Virus record (IMG/VR): IMGVR_UViG_3300048858_000024
Location: 1-45,289 of that record
Strand: one strand, 5' to 3'
From: a virus
Taxonomy: Duplodnaviria > Caudoviricetes
Length of the DNA: 45,289 nucleotides
This document shows positions 27,473 through 37,384 of this stretch, in pieces; the first letter of the stretch is position 1, and each line of letters opens with the position of its first letter. A program made the position numbers and the translations under genes. The notes under the pieces were generated by a model that was not told where the DNA came from, did no database searches, and was given only the letters and a program-made list of their open reading frames with translations.

Positions 27473-27500
27473 CCGAGATTGCCGTTCCGGCAATGACACG

Positions 27501-27524
27501 GCCTCGCTTCGGCGGGGCTTTTTT
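27501..27524 (+). terminator. Intrinsic terminator before major tail gene
   Basis: GCCTCGC-TTCG-GCGGGGC-TTTTTT. Confidence 0.75.
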
Positions 27525-27541
27525 GTACCTGGAGAACCCTC

Positions 27542-28009
27542 ATGACCGTGTTTACCTCGGCCGGAACGACGCTGGCCATCTCGGCAGCTGCGCCCGCCAC
27601 CTACAACGAAGCTGGCTACGAAGCCCTGACCTTCACCTCGATCGGTGAAGTCAGCGATCTCGGTGACATTCCGAGCCGCGTCTACGACGTGGTGAACTGG
27701 CGGAACATCGCTAACCGCGGGGATAGCAAGGCCAAGGGCGGCTACACCTTGGGCTCGCAGACCATCACGGTTGGTATCGATCCCGATGATGCCGGACAGG
27801 CCCTGATCGACACCGCGACGAACTCGGACGACGCCTACTCGATCAAGATCAGCAACCCGAACCTCGGCGACATCTACGCGCGTGCCCTCGTCATGGGCGG
27901 TGCGCGCAACTACGGTGATGTGAACACGATCGCGACCCGCACAATCGTGCTGGAATATACGATCGTCAGCCAGACCGAGGACGGCCTGGTCTACGTCGCT
28001 GCCGCGTAA
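27542..28009 (+). CDS. Major tail (tube) protein
   Basis: Position between tail terminator and chaperones; IGEVSDLG, KAKG, DPDDAGQ. Confidence 0.85.
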   Translation: MTVFTSAGTTLAISAAAPATYNEAGYEALTFTSIGEVSDLGDIPSRVYDVVNWRNIANRGDSKAKGGYTLGSQTITVGIDPDDAGQALIDTATNSDDAYSIKISNPNLGDIYARALVMGGARNYGDVNTIATRTIVLEYTIVSQTEDGLVYVAAA

Positions 28010-28111
28010 TCCTTCCTGATAGCCCCTGAGCTTACCGCCCGCTTCTGCGGGCTCCTTTGTCGGTCCCGCCATCAGGGTGGCGGGGCCGGCACCCTTCCCT
28101 GAGAGGTTACC

Positions 28112-28534
28112 ATGACTTTTGACATCACCCGCAAGCGCGTTGCCGAAACGGCCAAGATTGAATTGACGGACGGCGACGGCGCCCCGCTGCTCGACGACGA
28201 AGGCACCCGCCTCACCGTCACCCTCTGCGGCCCCGGCTCCAAGACCTGGCAGCAGGCCGATGCTGAGCGTTCGCGCCGGCAAGCAAGCCGCGCCGAAAAG
28301 AACCCGCGCAAGATTGCCAGTGCCATCGCCGATCATCGCCGCGACGACGAGATCGACTTCCTGGTGGCGATTACCGTGAGCTTCAATGGCTGGACCTATC
28401 CCGGCGAGTACCCCTCGCAGCGCGACATGTTCAAGGCTGCGTACTCGGATGACAGCATCGGCTACATCCGCGACCAGCTCTCGAAAGAGGGCAATGACTG
28501 GTCGGCGTTCGCGCAGGGAAACTCGAAGCCCTAA
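28112..28534 (+). CDS. Tail assembly chaperone (gpG-like)
   Basis: Position; ends just after slippery site G-GGA-AAC. Confidence 0.82.
   Translation: MTFDITRKRVAETAKIELTDGDGAPLLDDEGTRLTVTLCGPGSKTWQQADAERSRRQASRAEKNPRKIASAIADHRRDDEIDFLVAITVSFNGWTYPGEYPSQRDMFKAAYSDDSIGYIRDQLSKEGNDWSAFAQGNSKP
28516..28522 (+). other. -1 programmed frameshift site GGGAAAC
   Basis: X-XXY-YYZ heptamer in the correct phase; -1 frame reads GKLEALTLYARQ... into 28537-28974. Confidence 0.85.
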
Positions 28535-28974
28535 CCTTGTACGCTCGGCAGATGGCTTGGCTTCATACCGCGCCTGAATCCGAGCATACGGGCAAGGGCA
28601 AGCAGCCCGATCCGGTCACCCGCGTGAAGGCGATGGAGGGCCGGGGAGAGCATCCACGCTTCCCCCCGGTTGCTCACCAGTACCTTGTGCGCTGGTGGCT
28701 CGACATTGGGCCGACGATGCCGGCAGGAATGGGCGATGCCCCCCTGCCCTTGCGGTACATAGCGGACGAGATGGGAACGCTTGGCGTCGATATTGGGCCA
28801 TGGGAGGCCCAGGCGATCCGGGCGATGTCTCGGGCCTTCATCTCAGAGCGGCATGAGGCTCGAAAGCGTGGGCACCCTGCGCCGTATAGCGAGGAACTGC
28901 CTAAGGAAGTGCAGGACCGGGTTACTTCGCAGTTTGCGGCTCTGGTTGCTGCGATGGGGCGGCGGAAGGGCTAG
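28516..28974 (+). CDS. Tail assembly chaperone frameshift extension (gpT-like)
   Basis: Open -1 frame with no clear RBS; WEAQAIRAMS. Confidence 0.78.
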   Translation, partial: GKLEALTLYARQMAWLHTAPESEHTGKGKQPDPVTRVKAMEGRGEHPRFPPVAHQYLVRWWLDIGPTMPAGMGDAPLPLRYIADEMGTLGVDIGPWEAQAIRAMSRAFISERHEARKRGHPAPYSEELPKEVQDRVTSQFAALVAAMGRRKG

Positions 28975-29410
28975 GCTCCGGCTTAGCATCTTCTAGAATG
29001 CGCGTGAGGTCTGCGCTGGTCTCAGGTTCACGCGTTGCGGTTTGGCCGAACAGGCTTGTCTCTTCAGTGAAGATGCCCGCTTGCACGCGGACACTCTTTC
29101 CTAAAGGTATCAGAGTGAAGCGCACTAAGGAGCGGGCCTCAATTCGGCGCCGGCTGAAGGCGGCAACGCGCTGGTAAAGCAAAGACATCTCGCGGTCCTC
29201 GCAGGTTACGACCGGCGCCTCTGGCGATATGACAATCCATTTCCGCTCGACGCACGCGGTTGCGAACTGCGCCGCAAGAGCGGGCAGATCAGTACCGACG
29301 TACTCAGCTTCAGCAATTCCTTTGCGTGTATCTGCGGCGTGTGCTGCGCCGGCGCCGAATGAAGCCGCAGCGCAAAGTCCGGTCGCCACTACGGCGGTAC
29401 ATAGCCTCAT
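28922..29410 (-). CDS. Exported protein (moron), opposite strand
   Basis: Signal peptide ending AHA-A; two Cys in mature part; GAGG RBS. Confidence 0.7.
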   Translation of the reverse strand: MRLCTAVVATGLCAAASFGAGAAHAADTRKGIAEAEYVGTDLPALAAQFATACVERKWIVISPEAPVVTCEDREMSLLYQRVAAFSRRRIEARSLVRFTLIPLGKSVRVQAGIFTEETSLFGQTATREPETSADLTRILEDAKPEPSPSAAPSQQPEPQTAK

Positions 29411-29537
29411 GAAGAATATCCCTCAGCCTGAGTCGAAGCCAGCCTCTTAACATTTCGGCCGGCTATCCCGCACCGCCAATCTCCACGAGTCCAGGGCGCC
29501 CTGCGGCTTCCCTCGTCCTGCCTGAAAGGAAACGCTT

Positions 29538-32500
29538 ATGGCTGGAGGGGTGCCTGCGGGCCGGTTGAGTATCGAGATCGTGGCGGAGGTCGCGAGACTC
29601 ACCCAAGATCTTCAGCGAGTGAAGGGCCTTGTCAACGCAGCCTCTGGCGAAATCGCGAAGTCCGCGCGCGCTGCGAACGACAATCTCGCGGCTATCGGCA
29701 AAGGGGCGGGCGCTGGCGTTCAGCAATTCTCGCGGGACGTAGCGGCACTGAAAGCGCAACTCGATCCTGCATGGGCGTCCATGCAGAAGTACCGGCAAGC
29801 TGTTGATGTCGCGAAAACGGCACTTCAGCAGGGCGCCATCACACACCAGCAGTATGTTCAAGCACTACGCCAGGCCGCAGACGCGGCAGGGCTCTTGAAG
29901 GCCAAGCAAGCTGAAGCTGCGGTAGCTGCGAACGCGGAGGCTGATGCGCTTCGGAAAGTAAACTCGCAGCTTGCTGAGCAGGCGCAGCTTCATGCTGCCA
30001 TTCAGCGGAACACCGGGGCGGGACGTGGCAAGGCCACTGACGCGGGCGCAGGCTACTCGGCGCTTGCAGCAAAGTTCTTAGAAGATGAGGCGCGAGCAGC
30101 GCAATCTGCGGCAGCGGCGCAAAAGCGGCTGGCGGACGAACATGAGCGTCTCGCAGCAGCCGTCCGCAACTCGCACGCGGCGCAAGTGGCGGATGCCGCT
30201 GCTGCTGAGCGCCTGCGGGAGGCAACAGATCCTCTCTATGCAGCGACAAAGCGGCTGAATGCGGAGATTGCCGAAAGCACTCGCCTTTATCATGCGGGGG
30301 CCACCGCGCCGGCTGAATATGCACGGCAGCAGATGGTGCTCAATCAAAGCGTCAAGCAGGTCGGAACCTCCCTGAAGCTGACAGCGCGTGACGGTTTGAA
30401 CCTAAGCCGCCAGTTCTCAGACATCGGCGTCACGGCTGCCATGGGCATGAACCCGCTGATGATCGCGATTCAACAGGGGCCGCAGCTACTCGACATTTTT
30501 CAGGAAAAGGCGATTGCGACAGGCACCACCATTGGCGCAGTCGCGAAGGCTGCCGGTGCCCAGATTTGGGCTGCGGTCGCTCCGCTGCTTCCGATTCTTG
30601 CTGCCGTCGCCGCAGCCGCAGCGCTCATCGGTAGCGCTTTTGCCCTTGGCGCTCGCGAGATCAACAAGGGCAACAAGTCCGTCATCGACGGCATGGGCCT
30701 CACCGAAAAGCAGCTTGAGCGGGTAAAGAAGGCTGGCACCGAGACCGGCGTCACAATCGGCGACACGTTCTTCGCGTTCTTCGAGGTTGTCGGCGATCGT
30801 CTCACCAGCGCCTTCGATGGCCCACTCAAGTGGCTAAAGGATGCCTGGGACGGCACCCTCAATTTCATCACCACCTATGGGTCCAAGGCGATAGAGTTAA
30901 TCGTCGGCGGCTTTGTGGGCGGTGTCTATGCGATCAAAGCCGCGTGGAAGATCCTTCCCGCTGCCATCGGCGACATCGTCACTTCCGCGGCGAATGTCAC
31001 GCTCTCCGGCATCGAGTGGATGATCAACAAGACGATCAATGGCCTGAACGGGCTGATCGACCTTGCCAATCAAGCTGCCGCCAAGGTCGGCATGGCGGGC
31101 TTTGACAGGCTCCAGAACGTGCAGGTCGGCAAGATCGATAATCCATATGCAGGGCAGGCCGACGCGCTTGGCTCCGCTGTGTCCGATGGCTTCAGCCAAG
31201 GCCTGAGCGAGAGCAAGGGGATGCTCAACCGCTTCTGGGCTGATGTCGCGAAGGAATCTCGGAACAACGCCCGCGCTCGCATCAGGAAGGCCGCTGGCGA
31301 AGCTGAGAAGGCGCGCAAAGGACCAAAGACCGAGGCCGAGAAGTTCGCCGACCTTGTAGCCGATGTGCAGCGCCAGATTGCGATGCTTGAAGCGCAACGG
31401 AAGGCACTGGCCCTATCTGACGACGCAGCCCTACTGCTGACCAACCAGCAGAAGCTGCTCAATGATGCGCAGGCCAAAGGCATCCACATCACCGAGCAGC
31501 AGCACGCGGTCCTGATGGCCTTGGCCGATCAGCTTACCGAGGCTCAGATTGCCCTTCGCAAGGCTCAGAACTTGAAGGCCGCCAACGAGGGATACGCGAC
31601 CCAGGTCCGCGCTATCGAACAGGCGGGCGAGCAGATTGGTGTCTACGGCAAAGAACTCACCGCCCTGACAGCATACCAGGAGCTTCTGAACAAGGCGACG
31701 AACGGCGGCAAGGATGCGCTCGACGATCTGACGGATGCGCGCTTGCGTGGGAAGGCCGCGACCATCGCCGACAAGCAGGCGGCAAACGACAACAGGAAGT
31801 TCATGGAAGACCTCATCGTCAACACTGAGGCGATGCAGAGAGCCATGGAGGCCGAACGCGGCGGGCTTGGGCTGACTGGCGCCGCGCTGCATGCCTACCG
31901 CTTTGAGCAGGAGGCCCTCGAAAAGGCGCGGCAGGATCACATCGACCTGACCCCCGCGCAAATCGACGCAATCAAGGCAACAGGCGCAGCGTTCGGTGAG
32001 ATGCGCCAGGAGATCGACAACGCGGCATCGCGCCTAGACGCCCTCGCCAGCGCTCTCGGAAACATGAAGGGCCTGGGCCCGCTCGGTCAACTGATGGGCA
32101 TCCTGACGAGCGGCGATCCGACCGCAGCCCTACTTGGCAGCGGTGGGCTGGGTACGCTTGCGGGCATTTTCACGAAGGGCGGTCAGGACGCCTACAAGAA
32201 GCAGGCAGAGATCATCTCTGACGGCCTGAAGAGCGTCTTCCCGGAGCTAGGCGACACTTTGGCGGGCACTCTTTCCGGCGCACTCCAGGGCGTGGGGATC
32301 GGCGGCGCAGTAGGCGGCGTCCTTGGCGGCGGGAAAACATCTCAGCTCGGCAGCCAGCTCGGCGGTGCGATCGGTCAGGCGGTCGGCACGAAACTTCTCA
32401 GCTCTCTGGGCGCTGCGGCGGGGCCTGTCGGTGCGATCGGCGGTGCACTGCTCGGCGCGGTGGCCGGCGACCTCATGAAGGGCATTCTCAACCCCAACCG

Positions 32501-34436
32501 CTCAGCCAGCGCCAACATCACCGGCATCAATAACACCAGCGTCTCGGGCAAGGACCGGGCACAGTACGGCGCAGCGAATGACCTCGCTGGCAGCGTAACG
32601 TCGGGCCTAAAGCAAATCGCAGACGCGTTCGGTGCGACGGTAGGCGCTTTCCAAGTAGCCATCGGCGTCCGCGGGGATCAGATCAAGGTCAACACTTCGG
32701 GCAGCAGCCTCAAGACCGGTGCTGGCGCGAAAGGCTTTGGCGAAGACGCAGAAGCAGCCGCGCGCTACGCCATTCTCGACGCGATTAAGGACGGCGCGTT
32801 GTCGGGCATGCGTGAGGGTGCAAAGCGCCTTCTGGAATCCGGTAAGGACCTGGATGCCGCGCTGCAGGACGCCCTCGCCTTCAACAGCGTCTTCGACCAA
32901 CTGGAGCAGCTGAAAGATCCCACTGGCTTCGCGCTGAAGCAGCTCGACAAGGAGCTGACGGAACTGCGGGACAACTTTGCTCGAGCCGGTGCATCGGCAG
33001 CGGAATATGCGCAGCTTGAGGAGCTTTACGGCATTAAGCGCGCAGAGGTGTCCGAGCAGACGAAGGACGCGACGGATGCCTTGGAACTGGAGCGCACCCG
33101 GCGCGGCATGGAAGCCGAACTGCTACGCCTCTCTGGTGACGAGATCGCGGCTACCGCAATTGCCCGGCAGCTTGAGCGCGAACAGCTCGAGCCCTCCCTG
33201 CAGGCCCTCTACGATCAGATTGCCGCCAAGCAGGACGAGATTGCTGCGAACGAAAAGCTGACCGCCGCGCAGGAGGAAGCGAAGGCAGTGGCAGATGCGG
33301 CCGCTCAAGCCGCGGTCGAAATCCAGAAGGCACGCACCTCGCTGCAGATCGAATTGCTCGAAGCTCAGGGCAAGGCGGAAGAAGCGCTCGCCCTCACCCG
33401 CCAGCAGCAGCTGGCCGACATGGATCCGCTGCTGCGCGGTCTGCAGCAACAGATCTGGGCGGCACAGGAAGCCACCAAGGCCCAGCAGGGCCTGGCCGAA
33501 GCACAGAAGGCAGCTGCTGATGCTGCTGATGCGGCACGGGAAGCTCAGCAAGCTGCGGCGAATGGCCTTGTGAGCCTGCGTGAGCGTCTCCTGCAGGCCC
33601 AAGGCAACGATGCCGGCCTGCGCGAACTGCAGCGAGCACTCGAATGGGAAAAGGCCTCTGCGGCCGAGCGCGAGGCTATGGAGCAGATCTACAAGGCCGA
33701 GGACGCGGCTCGCAAGGCGGCAGATGCAGCAGCCGCCCGGGCAGCACGTCAGCAGGCAGCCGAGGAAGCCGCAGCCAAGGCGGCCCAGCTTCGGGAGAGC
33801 CGCACGCGCCTTGAGATCCAACTCATGGAGGCCCTGGGCGACAAGACCGGCGCCCTTAAGAAGCAGCGGGAGCTTGAACTCGCCGGCATGGACGCGAGCC
33901 TGCGCGGATTGCAGCAGCAGGTGTGGGCCGCGCAGGAAGCTGCGGCAGCCGCAGAGAAGTGGCGCGATCTGGGCAAGAGCCTGCGCGAGTACCGGAACGA
34001 GCTGACGGCGGGCGATCTGGCTACGGCCAACGCCTACCGCAATGCGCAGGTCGCCTTCATGACGACGAGTGCTCTGGCACGCGCCGGCGACGAAGCGGCG
34101 ATCGGCAAACTGCAGGGCGTGAGCCAGTCGTTCCTGGATGCCTCGCGATCGAATGCTGGTTCGCTCGAGCAATATCAGCGCGACCTCGCTGCAGTGCTGC
34201 GCTCGGTCGACGACACGCTCGACTACACGGATGGCCAGATCGACACGGCTCAGGCCCAGCTGGATGCGATCTCCAAGGGGAACAACATTCAGACTGAGGT
34301 TCGGGACCAGATCGCTGGGCTTCGGGCTGAGAACAAGGCCGCCCAGACTGCCATGGCGATTGCGCTCGACCGCATCCGCGTCCTGAACGAAGGCGAGGAT
34401 GGCGACGGTGTGCTTCGGGTCAAGGTGGAGGCCTGA
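29538..34436 (+). CDS. Tape measure protein
   Basis: 1632 aa, Ala-rich helical; QFSDIG...GMNPLMIAIQQGPQL lambda-type TMP motif. Confidence 0.95.
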   Translation: MAGGVPAGRLSIEIVAEVARLTQDLQRVKGLVNAASGEIAKSARAANDNLAAIGKGAGAGVQQFSRDVAALKAQLDPAWASMQKYRQAVDVAKTALQQGAITHQQYVQALRQAADAAGLLKAKQAEAAVAANAEADALRKVNSQLAEQAQLHAAIQRNTGAGRGKATDAGAGYSALAAKFLEDEARAAQSAAAAQKRLADEHERLAAAVRNSHAAQVADAAAAERLREATDPLYAATKRLNAEIAESTRLYHAGATAPAEYARQQMVLNQSVKQVGTSLKLTARDGLNLSRQFSDIGVTAAMGMNPLMIAIQQGPQLLDIFQEKAIATGTTIGAVAKAAGAQIWAAVAPLLPILAAVAAAAALIGSAFALGAREINKGNKSVIDGMGLTEKQLERVKKAGTETGVTIGDTFFAFFEVVGDRLTSAFDGPLKWLKDAWDGTLNFITTYGSKAIELIVGGFVGGVYAIKAAWKILPAAIGDIVTSAANVTLSGIEWMINKTINGLNGLIDLANQAAAKVGMAGFDRLQNVQVGKIDNPYAGQADALGSAVSDGFSQGLSESKGMLNRFWADVAKESRNNARARIRKAAGEAEKARKGPKTEAEKFADLVADVQRQIAMLEAQRKALALSDDAALLLTNQQKLLNDAQAKGIHITEQQHAVLMALADQLTEAQIALRKAQNLKAANEGYATQVRAIEQAGEQIGVYGKELTALTAYQELLNKATNGGKDALDDLTDARLRGKAATIADKQAANDNRKFMEDLIVNTEAMQRAMEAERGGLGLTGAALHAYRFEQEALEKARQDHIDLTPAQIDAIKATGAAFGEMRQEIDNAASRLDALASALGNMKGLGPLGQLMGILTSGDPTAALLGSGGLGTLAGIFTKGGQDAYKKQAEIISDGLKSVFPELGDTLAGTLSGALQGVGIGGAVGGVLGGGKTSQLGSQLGGAIGQAVGTKLLSSLGAAAGPVGAIGGALLGAVAGDLMKGILNPNRSASANITGINNTSVSGKDRAQYGAANDLAGSVTSGLKQIADAFGATVGAFQVAIGVRGDQIKVNTSGSSLKTGAGAKGFGEDAEAAARYAILDAIKDGALSGMREGAKRLLESGKDLDAALQDALAFNSVFDQLEQLKDPTGFALKQLDKELTELRDNFARAGASAAEYAQLEELYGIKRAEVSEQTKDATDALELERTRRGMEAELLRLSGDEIAATAIARQLEREQLEPSLQALYDQIAAKQDEIAANEKLTAAQEEAKAVADAAAQAAVEIQKARTSLQIELLEAQGKAEEALALTRQQQLADMDPLLRGLQQQIWAAQEATKAQQGLAEAQKAAADAADAAREAQQAAANGLVSLRERLLQAQGNDAGLRELQRALEWEKASAAEREAMEQIYKAEDAARKAADAAAARAARQQAAEEAAAKAAQLRESRTRLEIQLMEALGDKTGALKKQRELELAGMDASLRGLQQQVWAAQEAAAAAEKWRDLGKSLREYRNELTAGDLATANAYRNAQVAFMTTSALARAGDEAAIGKLQGVSQSFLDASRSNAGSLEQYQRDLAAVLRSVDDTLDYTDGQIDTAQAQLDAISKGNNIQTEVRDQIAGLRAENKAAQTAMAIALDRIRVLNEGEDGDGVLRVKVEA

Positions 34437-34437
34437 T

Positions 34438-35313
34438 ATGCAGTTTATCCGCCCCGTATCGATCGACGATGATGCCAAGCTGATCGCGTCATCCGTTCCT
34501 GAGACCGCGCCGCTCTACAACCCGGCCACCAGTTATATGGCAGACGAAGAGGTTCGCGTTGGCCATCTGATCTACAAGAGCGCGGCGGGCAACAACGTTG
34601 GCCATCCAGTAACCGATCCTGCCTGGTGGCTTGGACCCAAGTTCAGCAATCGTTGGGCAGCTTTCGACGGCGTCAACGCCACCAAGACGGTCGCCGAGGA
34701 GGTCTCCTTCACGGTGCGCCCTGGTCAGCTTATCGACAGCCTGGCTCTGCTCGATGTTTCTGCAACGGCGGTCACGGTTGTGGCGGTCAGCGCAGTGCAG
34801 GGCGAGGTCTACAACAAGACCTTCCTGCTATCCAACGAAGTGCCCGAGTCCGACTTCTGGGTCTGGTTCTTTGAGCCGATCGTGCGCAAGAAAGTCCTGT
34901 TCGTTCCAGACTTGCCGATGATGGCCGACCTCGACGTGACCGTCACCTTGGAAGGCGACAACCAGTCACTCGCCACCTTCTCGATCGGCAACCTTTGGAC
35001 AATGGGCGGGACGGAGTACGGCGCTGAGATCGGCATCGACGATTATAGCAAGTACATCGACAATGGCTTCGGTGACGAAACGCTGATCCAGGGTGCCTAC
35101 TCCAAGCGCGGCAACTTCACCGTCTACTGCAGCAAGGATGTTGCCGACGCGACGGCCGATGTTCTCACAGAATACCGCGCTACCAACCTGGTCTGGATCG
35201 CTAGCAAAGAGTTCAACTCGACGGTGATCTTTGGCTACGCGAAGTCGTGGCGAGCGGTGATCTCCTACCCGACGATCTGGGTCTACTCTCTCGAAATTAA
35301 GGGGCGCACTTGA
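34438..35313 (+). CDS. Tail-tip structural protein
   Basis: First gene after TMP; YNPATSY...IYKS carbohydrate-binding-like insert; GIDDYSK...FG. Confidence 0.7.
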   Translation: MQFIRPVSIDDDAKLIASSVPETAPLYNPATSYMADEEVRVGHLIYKSAAGNNVGHPVTDPAWWLGPKFSNRWAAFDGVNATKTVAEEVSFTVRPGQLIDSLALLDVSATAVTVVAVSAVQGEVYNKTFLLSNEVPESDFWVWFFEPIVRKKVLFVPDLPMMADLDVTVTLEGDNQSLATFSIGNLWTMGGTEYGAEIGIDDYSKYIDNGFGDETLIQGAYSKRGNFTVYCSKDVADATADVLTEYRATNLVWIASKEFNSTVIFGYAKSWRAVISYPTIWVYSLEIKGRT

Positions 35314-35633
35314 TGGCCTTCACCACGATTCCCACGCCACCGCCGACCCCGGCTCGCAACCAAGATCCCGAGACCTTCAACGTCCGGATCGCAGCTTTCC
35401 TGGCGTTCTTCGCCTCGCTCACCGAAGCGCTGAATTCCTACGCATCAGAAGTGCCCGGAGAGGTTGACACGGCAATAGCCGATGCCGTCGCCGCCTACGA
35501 CCCTGATGGCCAATACTCCGCAGTCCAGATCGACGGCTTCCTCGCGGCGAAGGCGGACAACTCTCGCATAACCGTCAGCACCGCGCCCCCATCGGGCGGC
35601 GTCGACGGCGACATCTGGTTCAAGGTGGATTGA
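35313..35633 (+). CDS. Tail-tip / fibre anchor protein
   Basis: PPPTPAR..PETF N-terminus; STAPPSGGVDGDIWFK C-terminus typical of fibre joints. Confidence 0.65.
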   Translation: MAFTTIPTPPPTPARNQDPETFNVRIAAFLAFFASLTEALNSYASEVPGEVDTAIADAVAAYDPDGQYSAVQIDGFLAAKADNSRITVSTAPPSGGVDGDIWFKVD

Positions 35634-35636
35634 GCG

Positions 35637-36305
35637 ATGACAACCGCCGTTTTCCACGATGGTCTATGGAAGGAACCTCAGGTGATCTACGCAAAGCATG
35701 ACGGCGTCTTCAAAGAGGTCGCCGCGCCTGCGCTGCGGCTGATCGGAGCGCAGTATGTATCGTCAAATAGCCTGACGCTAACCCCTTGGGAGACGCTCAA
35801 GGAGGGTGACCTGATTGTCCTCTTTGCGGGTCGCAACGACACGAATGGCGCGATCTCCACCCCTGCCGGGTTCACGCAGATCAAGACCACCAGCGTCGGT
35901 ACGAGCGATCGCCTTTCCGCTTTCTTTCAGTTCGTTGGTGACACACCGATCGCCGCGATTACGGCGCCGAGCGCCCAGACACTCCACGCTTTGGTTTACC
36001 GCGGCGCAGCGGGGATCGGTGTCTCCGCGCAGAACGTGGTCGCTGGCAATGTGGCTACACAGACAGTCACCGTTGCCGTGCTGACCGAAGGTTCATTGGT
36101 CGCCGCCGGCACGCCTTTCGTCAGCCAGTTAGCCGGCCCATCGGGGGCGCTGAACCTTGGCTTCTCCCGGCCTAACGGAGCAGGCATCGCGGCCACGACG
36201 CTCGGGCCCGTTCCTTCTACTACCACCTCCCTGACCCCCTCCTTCACCATGACATCGGCGACGAGGCCGACGAACATGATCGCCGTGGAGATCCTCACGA
36301 AATGA
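35637..36305 (+). CDS. Putative receptor-binding/fibre protein
   Basis: DGLWK...YAKHDGVFK N-terminal adaptor; beta-rich GDLIV...TPAGFT domain. Confidence 0.6.
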   Translation: MTTAVFHDGLWKEPQVIYAKHDGVFKEVAAPALRLIGAQYVSSNSLTLTPWETLKEGDLIVLFAGRNDTNGAISTPAGFTQIKTTSVGTSDRLSAFFQFVGDTPIAAITAPSAQTLHALVYRGAAGIGVSAQNVVAGNVATQTVTVAVLTEGSLVAAGTPFVSQLAGPSGALNLGFSRPNGAGIAATTLGPVPSTTTSLTPSFTMTSATRPTNMIAVEILTK

Positions 36306-36823
36306 CTTACGCTCTCGTGGTCGACGGCCAGATCAGCAAGCTGGGGCCGCGTCCGTCCTGGCGTATCGGTGAGACGTTCGAGAACTCTCGACCGCTTACT
36401 GATGAGGAGCTTGCCGAACGTGGCTGGTTCTGTGTGGCCGCCGCACCCGCGCACAACCCGGACACGCACAAGCTGGTGGAAATCCCCCTTGCCGAATGGA
36501 CAATTGGAAGCGCCACAGTTGGCCCGCAGTTTCGTGCGGTGCCGCTTACTGCCACTGAACTGATTGAGCGCGCCGAACAGCGCCGCCTAGCCGCCCTGCC
36601 TAGCCCTGTAACCACGCGCCAGGCCAAGCTAGCGCTGCTCGCGGCCGGGTTGCTGGATCGGGCAGAAGCGGCTGCTCATCAAGCTGGTCGTGCTGCTCAG
36701 ATCGAGTGGGAATATGCGACCGAGTACCAGCGCGACAACCCATTGATCGGCGCTATCGGCGAAAAGCTCGGGCTCACCGAAGAGCAGATCGACGACCTGT
36801 TCCGGGATGCTGCGGCACTGTGA
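36302..36823 (+). CDS. Tail-fibre-associated chaperone-like protein
   Basis: VTTRQAKLAL...IEWEYA...LGLTEEQIDDLF..A motif. Confidence 0.7.
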   Translation: MTYALVVDGQISKLGPRPSWRIGETFENSRPLTDEELAERGWFCVAAAPAHNPDTHKLVEIPLAEWTIGSATVGPQFRAVPLTATELIERAEQRRLAALPSPVTTRQAKLALLAAGLLDRAEAAAHQAGRAAQIEWEYATEYQRDNPLIGAIGEKLGLTEEQIDDLFRDAAAL

Positions 36824-36859
36824 GCCAGGCTGCCACCTAGCCGCCTAGGAGACCACATA

Positions 36860-37384
36860 ATGACGGTGACTACGTCGGCGGGGACCATCTTCGCCTTGAG
36901 CGCGGCTGCGCCTGCCACATTCGACGATGAGGGCTACGAGGCACTTGTCTACACTGAGGTAGGAGAGGTCGGCGACCTGGGCGATCTGCCCACGAAGGTT
37001 TTCGAAATCGTGCCCTGGCGTAACATCGCGAGCCGCGGTGAGACGAAGGCCAAGGGCGGGTTCTCCTACCCTCCGCAGACAATAATGGTCGGCTTTGATC
37101 CTGACGATGCCGGCCAAGCGCTGCTGACCGTCGCGACCGAACAGGACAACTTCTACACAGTCCGCATCTCGCACCCGAACCTCGGTGACTTTTACGGGCG
37201 CGCTCTTGTCATGGGCGGGCCGACCAACCTGGGCGACGGCAGCGTGGTCGCGACCCGGCAAGTGACGCTTGAGTACGTGGATGCGCTGTACGTGAGCCCT
37301 GCCCCGCTCATTCCGGCCGGCATTCTCGGGCTCGGCAATCTTATCCTCGGCCTCAACGGCTTCGATCTGGGAATTGCAGCATGA
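36860..37384 (+). CDS. Second tail-tube paralogue with C-terminal extension
   Basis: 86/139 identical residues to 27542-28009 by hand alignment without gaps; AGGAG RBS. Confidence 0.88.
   Translation: MTVTTSAGTIFALSAAAPATFDDEGYEALVYTEVGEVGDLGDLPTKVFEIVPWRNIASRGETKAKGGFSYPPQTIMVGFDPDDAGQALLTVATEQDNFYTVRISHPNLGDFYGRALVMGGPTNLGDGSVVATRQVTLEYVDALYVSPAPLIPAGILGLGNLILGLNGFDLGIAA

Noticed and set aside
33090-33960. Four ~78-aa imperfect repeats in the TMP (e.g. LQQQIWAAQEA / LQQQVWAAQEA)
   Set aside because: Ordinary helical tape-measure periodicity, not an array or separate element
11744-34478. Long antisense ORFs (11744-13234, 23762-25174, 27221-28336, 33123-34478)
   Set aside because: Shadows of GC-rich genes on the opposite strand; no motifs
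27542-37384. Tail-tube duplication as DGR template/variable repeat or invertible cassette
   Set aside because: No reverse transcriptase or invertase; differences are not adenine-specific; both copies are intact same-strand ORFs
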